From: Candidatus Latescibacterota bacterium
GTDB lineage: Bacteria; Latescibacterota; UBA2968; GCA-2709665
Assembly: GCA_965116875.1 (NCBI GenBank)
Contig: OZ220733.1
Span: 4,096,001 to 4,160,000 of the forward strand
DNA: 64,000 nt
Reading direction: 5' to 3'
Part shown: positions 1-10,140 of the stretch, one piece after another
How positions within the stretch are numbered: the stretch's first letter is position 1
Layout of the letters: the number at the start of each line of letters is the position of its first letter
Program-made: the position numbers and the translations under genes
The notes under the pieces: generated by a model
Databases searched by the model: none
What the model was told of the DNA's origin: nothing
What the model saw: the letters and a program-made list of their open reading frames with translations, nothing else

Positions 1-69
1 GGACTGGGAGTTGAATTGAACATGGAGGGCGTGGAGAAATATCGTTGGCGCGTGGGAGACCCCTATTGA
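1..69 (+). CDS. 3' end of a probable enolase-superfamily (mandelate racemase/muconate cycloisomerase) protein, partial
   Basis: Frame 1 reads GLGVELNMEGVEKYRWRVGDPY-stop, resembling the (P)GLGVE(L/I)N C-terminus of this family. Confidence 0.55.
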   Translation, partial: GLGVELNMEGVEKYRWRVGDPY

Positions 70-150
70 ACGGAGGGCGGGCGCCTGATCCGGCCACAGA
101 GGCCGGCTGCAGGAAACAACGCTCAATCGCATTCCGGAAGCGTACAGACC

Positions 151-1767
151 ATGCTTGACGTTCTGATCCGAGATGCCGGTGTCATCGATGGAACCGGTGC
201 GGAAGCCTTTGCCGGCGACGTGGGTATCGAAGGGGACAGCATCGCAGCCGTAGGGGATGTATCGGGCCCGGCCAGGGTCGAGATCGACGCCGCAGGGTTG
301 ACAGCGGCGCCGGGATTCATCGACATCCATACCCACTCGGACTACAGCCTGCTGATCGACGGGCGGGGCGAGAGTGCGCTCTATCAGGGCGTGACGACTC
401 ACGTATGCGGAAACTGCGGCATTTCGGCATTTCCCGTGGGGGGGAACGGGTTCTATTTCGGCCCGTTCGACTCGGCTCGGCTGCGGTCTGCGGTCGCCGG
501 GGACTGGGCTTCCGCGGCAGGATATTTCAACGTTCTGGAGCGGCAGGGCGTGGCCATCAATGCCGCATTTTTTGTGGGCCATGGCGCGGTCCGGCACACG
601 GTGATGGGGCAATCCACCCATCCGCCCGCGCGGCACGAATTGGAGGGAATGAAAGTGCTGGTGGATGCCCAGATGGCCGAGGGAGCGCTTGGGTTGTCCA
701 CCGGATTGACCTACATGCCGGGCAGCAGCGCGAAGACAGACGAGATTGTCGAGCTGGCTGCCGTGACCGCCCCGTACGGCGGAATATACGCGACGCACAT
801 GCGCAACTATACCGCCTCTATAATGGATGCGTTGGAGGAGGCGATTCTGATCGGAGCGGAAGCGGCCGTTCCGGTTCACGCCTCCCACATAACGCCATGT
901 CCGCCGGCTACGGGCTCATCGGCCCGTCTGCTGGATCGGATCGAACGCGCACAAGCGGAAGGGCAGGATGTAACGGCCGAGACGGAGTTCTATGCGACCG
1001 GATCCACGTCGCTCAAGTCTCTCCTGCCGCCGTGGGCGCTGGAGGGCGGAAACCGGATGATGGCGGAACGATTGAAGGCGGTCCCACAGCGGCGTCGAAT
1101 GTGGCGACAGATTCAGGAAAGCGGGTCGGAACTCGGTGGGAGTACGAAGACGGTCTTGATGCAGCGCGGTCTCTGGAACAAACTCTGGCTGGGAAACTGC
1201 GCCGTGAACGCGTCGCTCACGGGCCGGACCTTTGCTGAAATCGGTCGTATTCGGAATACGCACCCGTTCGACGCAATCTGCGACGTTCTGATCGAAGAGG
1301 GCGGCGCCGCCAGTTTCTACGGCGAGGACAAGGCCGACCGGGATATCGACTGTCTCGCACAAGGCAAGTATTGCGGTGTGGGTTCCGACGGGCTGGCGAT
1401 GGCCGATAACGGTCCGCTGGCGGACGAAAGGGAACATCCCCGTTGTTACGGTGGCATGGCGTATCTGATCCGGACGTTGGTACGTGAACGGGGGGTAATG
1501 TCCATTGAGTCCCTCGTGCAAAAGCTCACGCGATTCCCGGCCGAGCGGATGGGGTTTGCGGACCGGGGCCTTGTTCAGGAAGGAAAAAAGGCGGACCTGG
1601 TCCTGTTCGATCCCGATTCCATGCTGGACCGGGCGACAATCCAGAATCCCTGTCTCTATTCGGAAGGAGTCCGCTGGCTTTTCGTCAACGGCATTGCCGC
1701 AATTGAGGACGGCAGGGCAACGGGAATGAGAGGCGGCAGGGTTTTGCGGCGTGAGCATTTCCAGTAG
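151..1767 (+). CDS. N-acyl-D-amino-acid deacylase / D-aminoacylase (amidohydrolase family)
   Basis: PGFIDIHTHSD, QGVTT..GNCG, YATHMR, HPRCYG, GKKADLVLFDP motifs. Confidence 0.9.
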   Translation: MLDVLIRDAGVIDGTGAEAFAGDVGIEGDSIAAVGDVSGPARVEIDAAGLTAAPGFIDIHTHSDYSLLIDGRGESALYQGVTTHVCGNCGISAFPVGGNGFYFGPFDSARLRSAVAGDWASAAGYFNVLERQGVAINAAFFVGHGAVRHTVMGQSTHPPARHELEGMKVLVDAQMAEGALGLSTGLTYMPGSSAKTDEIVELAAVTAPYGGIYATHMRNYTASIMDALEEAILIGAEAAVPVHASHITPCPPATGSSARLLDRIERAQAEGQDVTAETEFYATGSTSLKSLLPPWALEGGNRMMAERLKAVPQRRRMWRQIQESGSELGGSTKTVLMQRGLWNKLWLGNCAVNASLTGRTFAEIGRIRNTHPFDAICDVLIEEGGAASFYGEDKADRDIDCLAQGKYCGVGSDGLAMADNGPLADEREHPRCYGGMAYLIRTLVRERGVMSIESLVQKLTRFPAERMGFADRGLVQEGKKADLVLFDPDSMLDRATIQNPCLYSEGVRWLFVNGIAAIEDGRATGMRGGRVLRREHFQ

Positions 1768-1781
1768 CTGATCATCCAGGT

Positions 1782-4139
1782 ATGCGATCCGAACACATCA
1801 CCTCAGGCGAATTCGAACGGTTCCCGTCCACGGGCCGGAAGGACGTTGGCGTCCGTTCCGGACCAACGCCGTGGATTCGGATTGTCGCGTGCGTCATGCT
1901 GGGTTTCGGCGCAGGCGCCGGCGTTGCAGATGGCGCGGCGCAGGCCACTTTCCAGGACAGTGTGGAGATTTTCCTTCCCGAGGAACCGCTGGATTCGCTC
2001 CTCGAGCGGTATGGCGATCTGCTGTTCATTCCGCCTGAAGGCAACGCCCGGATTCTGAGGGACCGCTACGGCGTGCCTCACATATACGGCAAGCGGGACG
2101 TCGACGTCGCGTTCGGTTTCGGTTACGCGCAGGCCCAGGATCACCTGGTTCCCATGTTACTGAACTATCGGGCGGCCGCGGGTACGGCCTCGGAAGTGCT
2201 TGGCGCCGGTCATCTGGACGGCGACGAACGGGCGCTGCTCTGGCGAATCCGGAGCGTGGCCGTTGCAGGATACGGCGCGCTGCCTCGCGAAACCCGGAAC
2301 CTGATCGGCGCATTCGCCGACGGCGTGAACCATTATATCGACGTCTACCGGGACGAGCTGCCGGACTGGGTCGTCCATATCGGCGGTACGGACGTCGTGG
2401 CGTTGTCCCGGTGGCTGGTCATGTTGTTTGCGGAACGTGCAGGGTTGCTCGAATTGCAGGAGAAAGGGCTGACTCCGTTGCTGCGCACGCGCGCGACGTC
2501 GAATATGTGGGTCCTTGGCGGTTCACGGACCGCCGGCGGATATCCTGTTTTCGTGATGGACGTGCATTTGCCGTGGCGAGCGCCCTTTCAACCGTACGAG
2601 GCGCACCTTGTCAGCCGCGAGGGATTGAACGTGTCCGGGGTGACCCTGTTCGGCATTCCGGTCATTCTGGCGGGCCACAACCGGCACATGGCGTGGTCGC
2701 TGGCGGCGAACGAGGCGGATGTTTTCGATCTGTACGAATTGAAACTGGATCCCGCGAACCGGAGAAGGTATGTATTCGAGAAGGAAAAGAGGCGGATGTC
2801 GTCGAGGCGCGTGCAGATCCGGGTCGGGGAACCTCAGGGCATCCGCGAGGTCGAGCGCGAGTTGCTCTATTCCCACCACGGCCCGGTCTACAAGGCCGGT
2901 GACGATCGGGCCTATGCGGGACGGTGCAGCGCCGAGGACGTCGTCAATACCATAGGGCAGTTCTATGCGATCAATCGGGCCCGCGACCCGGATGTGTTCG
3001 AAAGCGCGTTACGGATGCTCCAGCTTCCCATGTTCCACGTCCTGTACGGCGACGTGAATGGACGGATGCTATATGTGTACAGCGCGCGAAGCCCGGTCCG
3101 GGCCGAGGCGTTCGACTGGCAGCGTCCCGTTCCCGGCTGGGTTCCGGATACGGAGTGGCGGGGCATCATGGGCTACGAGCGGCTTCCGCGAATCCTGAAT
3201 CCGAGGGCGGACTTCCTGCAGAACTGCAATGTCGCGCCGGATTTCGTAACCCACAACAGCGGGCTCAAACACACGGACTTTCCTCCTTTCATGGGCTGGG
3301 GCGGGCTGGACGACCGGGGCCAGCGTCTGCTGACCTGGCTGTCTGCCAACCGGAAAGCGACGATGCGTCAGGTGAAGGCGCTGGCCCGAGATCCGTACCT
3401 GATCGTGGCGGAGGAACTGAAGGGCATCATTCTCAGCGCATATAATCGAACGTGGTGGGAAATCTACGACCCGGAGAGACAACTGGCCTTCGCCGTGGAA
3501 CTTCTGCGCGGCTGGGACAACCGGGCGTCGGTCGACAGCCGCGCGACATTGTTGTTCACGGAATGGAAAGCGAGATTTTACGAGCTTGGTTCAGAGTTAT
3601 CGCCGGAGCAGTTGGATCGTCTTCCCGTTCTGGAGAAACTGGCGCTCGACGCATTGAGAATGACGGTCGAGCATATGATGACGACCTACGGCCGGCTGGA
3701 CGTGCCATGGGGCGAAGTGCACGTGATTCAGCGGGGCGAACGACGGTTCCCGGTGGGCGGTTCCGCGCCAGGCACGCAGGCCTTGCATACGACGTGGTCC
3801 ACGCCGGGCGAGGACGGCCTGTTCCGCGTCGAAGGCGGATCGGCCTATACAATGGTTGTTGAACTGGCGGATACGCTCCGGTCCTGGAGTCTTCAGTCCT
3901 TTGGCAACAGTGAGAATCCCGAATCGGACAACTATCACGATCAGGCAGCGATGCAGGCAACGGGCGAACTCAAGCCCTTCCGGCTTGACAACGAAGAGAT
4001 CCATGCAGACCTGCGGTCTGTGGTAACCGTGCCGCTCGAGCAGGGGGACATCGACCGGGAGCAGTTTCGCATTCGCTGGAGATTGAAGTCGGCGTCGGAG
4101 GAGATGGTCGAACCGGCGCCTGACGACGGAGGCGGTTGA
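1782..4139 (+). CDS. Penicillin acylase family Ntn-hydrolase, probably exported (true start may be downstream)
   Basis: RDRYGVPHIYG, FGYAQAQD, nucleophile motif SNMW, DVHLPW, HHGPV, QNCN. Confidence 0.9.
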   Translation: MRSEHITSGEFERFPSTGRKDVGVRSGPTPWIRIVACVMLGFGAGAGVADGAAQATFQDSVEIFLPEEPLDSLLERYGDLLFIPPEGNARILRDRYGVPHIYGKRDVDVAFGFGYAQAQDHLVPMLLNYRAAAGTASEVLGAGHLDGDERALLWRIRSVAVAGYGALPRETRNLIGAFADGVNHYIDVYRDELPDWVVHIGGTDVVALSRWLVMLFAERAGLLELQEKGLTPLLRTRATSNMWVLGGSRTAGGYPVFVMDVHLPWRAPFQPYEAHLVSREGLNVSGVTLFGIPVILAGHNRHMAWSLAANEADVFDLYELKLDPANRRRYVFEKEKRRMSSRRVQIRVGEPQGIREVERELLYSHHGPVYKAGDDRAYAGRCSAEDVVNTIGQFYAINRARDPDVFESALRMLQLPMFHVLYGDVNGRMLYVYSARSPVRAEAFDWQRPVPGWVPDTEWRGIMGYERLPRILNPRADFLQNCNVAPDFVTHNSGLKHTDFPPFMGWGGLDDRGQRLLTWLSANRKATMRQVKALARDPYLIVAEELKGIILSAYNRTWWEIYDPERQLAFAVELLRGWDNRASVDSRATLLFTEWKARFYELGSELSPEQLDRLPVLEKLALDALRMTVEHMMTTYGRLDVPWGEVHVIQRGERRFPVGGSAPGTQALHTTWSTPGEDGLFRVEGGSAYTMVVELADTLRSWSLQSFGNSENPESDNYHDQAAMQATGELKPFRLDNEEIHADLRSVVTVPLEQGDIDREQFRIRWRLKSASEEMVEPAPDDGGG

Positions 4140-4142
4140 ATC

Positions 4143-4910
4143 GTGTTGCCCAGCATGCGCCTGGAGGACAAGGTCGTGATGGTGACGGGCGCCGGCTCCG
4201 GCATCGGCAGGGCCGTGGCCATAGCCGTGGCCGAGGCCGGGGCGCATTGTGTGCCTTGTGAATTGCCGGAGAGGACCGAAGACCTGAAGGCCGTCTGCAC
4301 CGAGATCGAACGTCTGGAACGGCGTGCGCTGCCCGTATCCCTGCGCCTGCCGGACCTGGACAGCATCGAGTTGGCCGTTGAGAGGGCCGTGACGGAGATG
4401 GGGCGGATCGACGTGCTGGTGAACAACGCCGGCGTGAATGTACCCAGAGACGCGCTGGAGGTCGACGAAGCGGACTGGGACACCGTGATGGACGTGAATC
4501 TGAAGGGGTTGTTCTTCATGTCCCAGCGCGCCGGACGCAGGATGGTGAACGCCGGCGGCGGCAAGATCGTCAATATCGCCTCGCAGAACGGAGTGATCGG
4601 GTACTATCGCCGCGCGGCCTACTGTTCCAGCAAAGCCGGCGTGGTGAATCTGACCCGCGTGTTGGCGCTCGAGTGGGCGCCCCACGGAATCACCGTAAAC
4701 GCCGTGGGCCCCACGTTTATCCTGACGCCCCTCACGCAGTCCACATTCGACGATCCGGCGCTTCGGGAGGATCTGTTGAAGCGGATACCGCTGGGGCGGG
4801 TGGGCCGGCCGGAAGACGTCGTGGGCGCCGTGGTTTTCCTTGCAAGCCCGGCCGCGGATCTGGTCACGGGGCATACGCTTCTGGTTGATGGAGGCTGGAC
4901 GGCGGTATAA
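4143..4910 (+). CDS. Short-chain dehydrogenase/reductase (KduD/gluconate 5-DH-like)
   Basis: TGAGSGIG, NNAG, YCSSK, VDGGW. Confidence 0.9.
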   Translation: MLPSMRLEDKVVMVTGAGSGIGRAVAIAVAEAGAHCVPCELPERTEDLKAVCTEIERLERRALPVSLRLPDLDSIELAVERAVTEMGRIDVLVNNAGVNVPRDALEVDEADWDTVMDVNLKGLFFMSQRAGRRMVNAGGGKIVNIASQNGVIGYYRRAAYCSSKAGVVNLTRVLALEWAPHGITVNAVGPTFILTPLTQSTFDDPALREDLLKRIPLGRVGRPEDVVGAVVFLASPAADLVTGHTLLVDGGWTAV

Positions 4911-4963
4911 GACCGGCCAGAGGTGCGCCCCGAATACTGCACCCATTTGAACGGGTTGGACGA

Positions 4964-5929
4964 ATGGATTCGCTTGGGATATCCGCCGTCACGGTCATTG
5001 GAGCGGGAACCATGGGCTCCGGAATCGCCGGTATGTTCGCTCGGGCGGGATGTCACGTCCGCCTTGTCGACCTGAGCGATGAGCTTCTGGATCAGGCACT
5101 CGCGCGTCTGCGGTCGAGTCAGGAGGCTCTCGTTGAAGCGGGCCTGCTTCTCCCGCGAGACGCAAACGCCTCCATCGCACGGGTGATGCCGACAACGGAT
5201 CCGGCCGAAGCGTGTGACGGGACGGATTTTCTGCTGGAGGCGGTGACCGAAGACCTGGCATTGAAGCTGGAGTTGTTCGCGGCATTTGACAGACTCTGCC
5301 CGGACGAGACCATTCTGGCCACCAATACGTCGGGCCTGTCCGTGACCGCCATTGCGGCTGCGACCGCTCGACCGGACAGGGTGGGGGGTATGCACTTCTG
5401 GAACCCCCCACATCTGATTCCGCTGGTGGAAGTCATACGCGCCGACGCGACCTCCGACAATACGGCGGAACGACTGAAAGCGGTCGCCCTGAGTCTGAAC
5501 AAGAAACCGGTCATGGTCAGGCGTGACATTCCGGGATTCGTGGGCAACCGCCTGCAATTCGCCGTGGTTCGGGAGGCGCTGCACCTGCTGCAGGAGGGGG
5601 TGGCTTCCGCTCAGGATATAGATACGGCGATGACGGCGGGCCCCGGCCTTCGTTACAGTTTTCTGGGGCCGCTGCGCACCGCCGACCTGGGCGGGCTGGA
5701 CGTGTTCAGAGCCATCAGCAGCTATCTGTTCGCCAGGCTGAGCGTGGACCAGGAGGCGCCCGAGGCGTTACGTACGCTCGTAGAGTCGGGAAACCTGGGC
5801 GCCAAGTCGGGCTCGGGGTTTTACCGCTATTCCGACGCGGATCCCGGTGAGTCTATACGGCATCGGGACCGGATCCTGTTGAAGTTGACGGAAGTCCTGG
5901 AAGCGGAAGAGGGTATGAAGAATGGCTGA
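4964..5929 (+). CDS. 3-hydroxyacyl-CoA dehydrogenase family protein
   Basis: GAGTMG, EAVTEDLALK, ATNTSGL, HFWNPP, PGFVGNRLQ, GAKSGSGFY. Confidence 0.9.
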   Translation: MDSLGISAVTVIGAGTMGSGIAGMFARAGCHVRLVDLSDELLDQALARLRSSQEALVEAGLLLPRDANASIARVMPTTDPAEACDGTDFLLEAVTEDLALKLELFAAFDRLCPDETILATNTSGLSVTAIAAATARPDRVGGMHFWNPPHLIPLVEVIRADATSDNTAERLKAVALSLNKKPVMVRRDIPGFVGNRLQFAVVREALHLLQEGVASAQDIDTAMTAGPGLRYSFLGPLRTADLGGLDVFRAISSYLFARLSVDQEAPEALRTLVESGNLGAKSGSGFYRYSDADPGESIRHRDRILLKLTEVLEAEEGMKNG

Positions 5930-6920
5930 ACTTGCAGCCGGCTCGGGACCGTTGTTTACAGATCCGTGTCCCGAGGCGGCGCGACGGGTCTTCCGGAAAA
6001 AACGAGCGGCCTTTGAAGACAAAGTGACGTCGGTTCGCGACGCGGTTTCACGATTCGTGAGAGACGGCGACTATGTCGCTTCGGGAGGGTTTGGCGCCAA
6101 CCGGATTTCAACCGCGTGCATGCATGAGATCCTGCGGCAGGGGAAGAAGGACCTGGGTTTCGCGGGCCATACGACCACCCACGATTTCCAAATCCTGTCC
6201 GCGGGGAACCGGAACGGCCACCTGCTGCTGTCACGGGTGGATGCGGCCTATATTGTCGGGCTGGAGGCACGGGGATTGTCGCCGCAGGCAAGGCGTATGA
6301 TGGAAAGCGGCGAAGTCGCCGTGTGCGAGTGGACGAACTATGCCCTGGCGGCACGTTTCAGGGCGGCGGCCGCGGGTGTGCCGTTCCTGCCGATGCGGAG
6401 CCTGCTTGGAACGGACACTTTCGAACGCAGCGCAGCAAAGGAGATCGCCTGTCCGTTTACGAGGCGCAAGCTTCTGGCTGTGCCCGCGCTCTATCCCGAT
6501 GTATCGTTGATCCACGTGCACGAGAGCGATCCGTACGGAAACTGCCGGATTCGGGGGATCGCCGTCGCGGACTTCGACTTGGCGCGCGCGTCCAAACGGC
6601 TGGTCGTTACCGCGGAGAGACTCGTCAGCGCCGATGAGATCCGGCGGAAGCCGGAAGCCACGGTCATTCCCGCGTTCTGTGTGGACGCGGTCTGCGAGGT
6701 GCCGTTCGGTTCCTATCCTGGAAATATGGCGGGCGAATACTTCTCTGACGAAGACCACCTTGCGGAATGGCTGGACGTCGAGAGGGATGAGGAACGGTTT
6801 GAGGTTTTTCTTGAGAAATATATATACGGGGTGGTAAGTTTTGAGGAGTACGTGAGCCTTTGCGGCGGCACGAAACGCATGCAGAAGCTCCGGCATATGG
6901 AGTTGCATCCGGAGTCATAG
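5922..6920 (+). CDS. Family I CoA-transferase subunit A (glutaconate CoA-transferase-like)
   Basis: GGFG, RFRAAAAGVPFLP, PDVSLIHVHESDPYGN, PFGSYP; overlaps upstream stop. Confidence 0.85.
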   Translation: MAELAAGSGPLFTDPCPEAARRVFRKKRAAFEDKVTSVRDAVSRFVRDGDYVASGGFGANRISTACMHEILRQGKKDLGFAGHTTTHDFQILSAGNRNGHLLLSRVDAAYIVGLEARGLSPQARRMMESGEVAVCEWTNYALAARFRAAAAGVPFLPMRSLLGTDTFERSAAKEIACPFTRRKLLAVPALYPDVSLIHVHESDPYGNCRIRGIAVADFDLARASKRLVVTAERLVSADEIRRKPEATVIPAFCVDAVCEVPFGSYPGNMAGEYFSDEDHLAEWLDVERDEERFEVFLEKYIYGVVSFEEYVSLCGGTKRMQKLRHMELHPES

Positions 6921-6968
6921 CCCGTCGGCTCCGGCGAAGTCCGGCGACCAAGTCGAAAGGAACGGCGC

Positions 6969-7736
6969 ATGCCTGAATACAGCGCCATCGAACTGGCGAT
7001 TTGCACGGCATCCAGAATACTGGAGGACGGTGCGACCGTGGGCGTTGGAACCGGCGCGCCGTGCGCAACGGCGATGCTTGCGCAGAAGCGACATGCGCCG
7101 CATCTGCTCGTGGCGTTCGAAGCGGGCGGATTGGCGCCCCTCCTGCCGTCCATGCCCATCTCTGTCGGGGATTCAAGGACATTCTACCGGGCGCAGATGG
7201 CGACCAGTATGGGCGACGTCATGGAGGCGTGCCAGCGGGGGATGATGGACTACGCGTTTCTGGGTGGCGCTCAGATCGATCCGTTCGGCAATCTGAACTC
7301 AACCGTGATTGGAGACTACCAACGCCCCAGGGTACGGTTTCCGGGAAGCGGCGGCGGGAATGACTTCGCCAGTCTGTGCTGGCGCACGATGGTGATGACG
7401 CAGCATGATCGGCGGCGTTTCGTGGAGCGGCTGGATTTCCTGACGACCCCCGGATTTCTTTCCGGCCCTGGCGCCCGCGAGGCTGCTGGGTTACCGGGCG
7501 GCGGCGGTCCTCACAAGGTGATCACGGATCTGGCGGTGATGGGGTATGACCCCGAAACCTGCCGCATGCGGGTGGAGAGTCTGCATCCGGGGGTTACGTT
7601 CGAAAGGGTTCAGGATAATACCGGATTCGAGCTGGGAAGGGCCCCTCACGTGCGCGAAACGGCGCCGCCCGACGACGAGGAACTGCGCATCCTCAGGGAA
7701 GAGGTGGATCCCTTCAGGTACATAATCGGCAGGTGA
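6969..7736 (+). CDS. Family I CoA-transferase subunit B (GctB-like)
   Basis: VAFEAG (catalytic Glu region), LGGAQIDPFGNLNST, PGSGGGND, VITDLAV, VQDNTGF. Confidence 0.85.
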   Translation: MPEYSAIELAICTASRILEDGATVGVGTGAPCATAMLAQKRHAPHLLVAFEAGGLAPLLPSMPISVGDSRTFYRAQMATSMGDVMEACQRGMMDYAFLGGAQIDPFGNLNSTVIGDYQRPRVRFPGSGGGNDFASLCWRTMVMTQHDRRRFVERLDFLTTPGFLSGPGAREAAGLPGGGGPHKVITDLAVMGYDPETCRMRVESLHPGVTFERVQDNTGFELGRAPHVRETAPPDDEELRILREEVDPFRYIIGR

Positions 7737-7752
7737 ACGGCGGAGGCAATGC

Positions 7753-8616
7753 ATGTCATCAGTAAAGGAGATTTACCGGTTTGACGAGTTGACGTGGCCG
7801 GAGGTAAACGAGGCGGTCGCGTTGGGGAAGATACCCATTGTTCCCACGGGATCCGTGGAACAGCACGGTCACCATCTGCCGTTGAAGGTCGATCATCTCT
7901 GTGCCAACGCGGTGGCAACGGAGGCTGCGCGGCGGAAGCCGGAGTTAAGCCTGGTATTGCCGCCGGTCAGCTACGGCTACGTTCACCACGTGATGGACTT
8001 TCCGGGTTCACTGAACGTACACTTCGAGCATTTTATCCAGTATGTACTGGATATCTGCAAGAGTCTGGCCTATCATGGATTCAAGAAGATGATTCTGGTA
8101 AACGGCCACGGATCCAACCACAACCTTGTAGATATGGTGGCCAGGCGCACGATCGTCGAGACGGATGCAAGCTGCGTATTCTGTTCCTGGTGGCAGTTGT
8201 TGAAGGTGAATCCGGACTTCGACAAGGAATGGCGCGAGAGCGTTTTTCCCGGCGGCTGCGCCCATGCGGGCGAGCTGGAGACGTCGATGATGCTCTACCT
8301 GGATCCGGAAAGTGTACGTAAGGACCGGATCAGGAGCGAGATTGCCAAAACGAACGAACTGGGGTCGAAATACGTCTGGACGGATCTGTTCGCCAAGGGT
8401 GCGATGGGTCTGATCGAGTGGACCAGCCAGTATACGGACAGCGGGGTGATGGGCGAGGCCGAGAAGGCGACCGCGGAAAAAGGGAGGGTCGTCTTTGAGG
8501 AGGCCAGCGGAAATCTGGCGGAGTTCATCGAGGAATACCACGCGATGGAGATCGCCGACCGTACAAAGCACCAGGCGAACGCGCCGACGTTTCCGCTGTC
8601 GTTTCCAACGGATTAG
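7753..8616 (+). CDS. Creatininase family amidohydrolase
   Basis: GSVEQHGHHLPLKVD, NGHGSN, HAGELETS, ATAEKG. Confidence 0.9.
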   Translation: MSSVKEIYRFDELTWPEVNEAVALGKIPIVPTGSVEQHGHHLPLKVDHLCANAVATEAARRKPELSLVLPPVSYGYVHHVMDFPGSLNVHFEHFIQYVLDICKSLAYHGFKKMILVNGHGSNHNLVDMVARRTIVETDASCVFCSWWQLLKVNPDFDKEWRESVFPGGCAHAGELETSMMLYLDPESVRKDRIRSEIAKTNELGSKYVWTDLFAKGAMGLIEWTSQYTDSGVMGEAEKATAEKGRVVFEEASGNLAEFIEEYHAMEIADRTKHQANAPTFPLSFPTD

Positions 8617-8715
8617 CACTATGTCTCCGCTGCCGAGCGAGCAAAGGGTTGATGAAGACCTGTCTGCGCTCGAACCGCGGCAGCGTTCATACGGCAAGAC
8701 GCATGAGCCCTTGGC

Positions 8716-8855
8716 CGCTCCCTGAGCTTGTCGAAGGGTCGGCGAAGGGTGGTCTCAGGCGTGTCAGACAGTGAACCCGAATCTAGGCGCTCATCCTTTC
8801 GAAGGTTGTTGGAGGGTTGCTGAACATGGGCATTTCGACAAGCTCAATGACCACG
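8716..8855. repeat. Two oppositely oriented REP-like units (TGAGCTTGTCGAA core)
   Basis: cgctccctgagcttgtcgaaggg at 8716-8738 and gggcatttcgacaagctcaatgaccacg at 8828-8855; same family at 13631-13704. Confidence 0.75.
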
Positions 8856-9001
8856 TCTGGAAATGCTCAAGCCATCCATAAAGCGAGGCGAGGCGGAATC
8901 GACCGGCGGATAAATGGCGGCACATTTGCGGTTCGGGACACTTTGCGTCTGAATAGCGAGCATTGGTCCTGCTTTTGGCTTTTTCCCAGTTCTTGGATTC
9001 T

Positions 9002-9080
9002 AATCCTGCTTGATCCTGTCAATCTTGTAAATCCTGGTCGGTTTTGGGTTCTTGTCCTGTCCATCCTGTTTATCCATGTA
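9002..9080. repeat. Degenerate ~9-bp tandem repeats (ATCCTGTNN)
   Basis: aatcctgct tgatcctgtc aatcttgta aatcctggt ... gtcctgtcc atcctgttt atccatgta. Confidence 0.6.
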
Positions 9081-9121
9081 AGTTCCTGTTTGTAAATTGA
9101 ACGGATTAAAGGAGGTGTGGA

Positions 9122-10090
9122 ATGAAGCTTGTAACGTATGGGATCGGTAGAGACCGGTACGTCGGGTCCGTCACGGCGGATGGCGAAATCATCGTGGATC
9201 TCGCGGTTGCGGAAGGAGAAATGGCAAGCGTTCAGGGCCGTGAAGCGCGTGGATGCTTTGGCGATATGCTCTCGCTGCTCGACGCGGGCGGGGCCGGACT
9301 GCGCGCCGCGAAACAGGCAACGCGGTTCGCCGAGGACCGGCTCGGAGGAAAAGCGGACGGGTGCCTCGGCCACCTGATCGGCAAGGTGCGGCTCAAGGCT
9401 CCGGTGCCGAATCCGCGCAAGGTGTTCTGCCTCGCGGGTAACTATCAGGACCATATCGAGGAAGGTGGGGGAAAAATCGCCGTCCAGGACAAGGAAACGC
9501 CACGGGTATTCATGAAGCCGCCGTCTACCACCGTGATCGGCCCCGGAGACCGGATTCTGATTCCCCCCGTCGCAAGGTCGATCGACTGGGAGGGGGAACT
9601 GGCCGTGGTGATGGGACGACGCGCAAAAGCCGTCAAGGCGGAAGAAGCGCTGAAATACGTGGCCGGGTATACCATCATGAACGACGTGTCGGAACGGGAC
9701 CTGGTGATCAAGGAGCGCACCGACAGCCGCGACCGCGACAAATGGTTCGACTGGCTGAACGGAAAGTGGCTGGATACGTTCGGGCCGCAGGGGCCCTGGA
9801 TCGTAACGTCCGACGAGATCGGGGATCCCCAGTCGCTGGAGATCAGCACCTACGTGAATGGCGAGAGAAAGCAGAACAACAACACCGGGCAGATGTTGTA
9901 TCCCGTCGATATGATCATTGAGTACATTTCGGCCATCATCACGCTCGAGCCCGGCGATCTGATCAGCACCGGCACGATCTCGGGAGTGGGCGCGACCACG
10001 GGAACTTTCATGAAGCCGGGCGACCGCGTGGAAATCGAGATCTCGGGAATCGGCGTGTTGAGGAACGGCGTGGCGGCAAGCAAGCGTTGA
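9122..10090 (+). CDS. Fumarylacetoacetate hydrolase family protein
   Basis: KVFCLAGNY, FMKP, DWEGELAVV, NDVSER, GKWLDTF, PGDLISTGT; RBS aggaggt. Confidence 0.92.
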   Translation: MKLVTYGIGRDRYVGSVTADGEIIVDLAVAEGEMASVQGREARGCFGDMLSLLDAGGAGLRAAKQATRFAEDRLGGKADGCLGHLIGKVRLKAPVPNPRKVFCLAGNYQDHIEEGGGKIAVQDKETPRVFMKPPSTTVIGPGDRILIPPVARSIDWEGELAVVMGRRAKAVKAEEALKYVAGYTIMNDVSERDLVIKERTDSRDRDKWFDWLNGKWLDTFGPQGPWIVTSDEIGDPQSLEISTYVNGERKQNNNTGQMLYPVDMIIEYISAIITLEPGDLISTGTISGVGATTGTFMKPGDRVEIEISGIGVLRNGVAASKR

Positions 10091-10140
10091 CGACGTCGCA
10101 GATTGTGCGATGCAGTTCCAGGAAGACCAGGGATGGAGTT

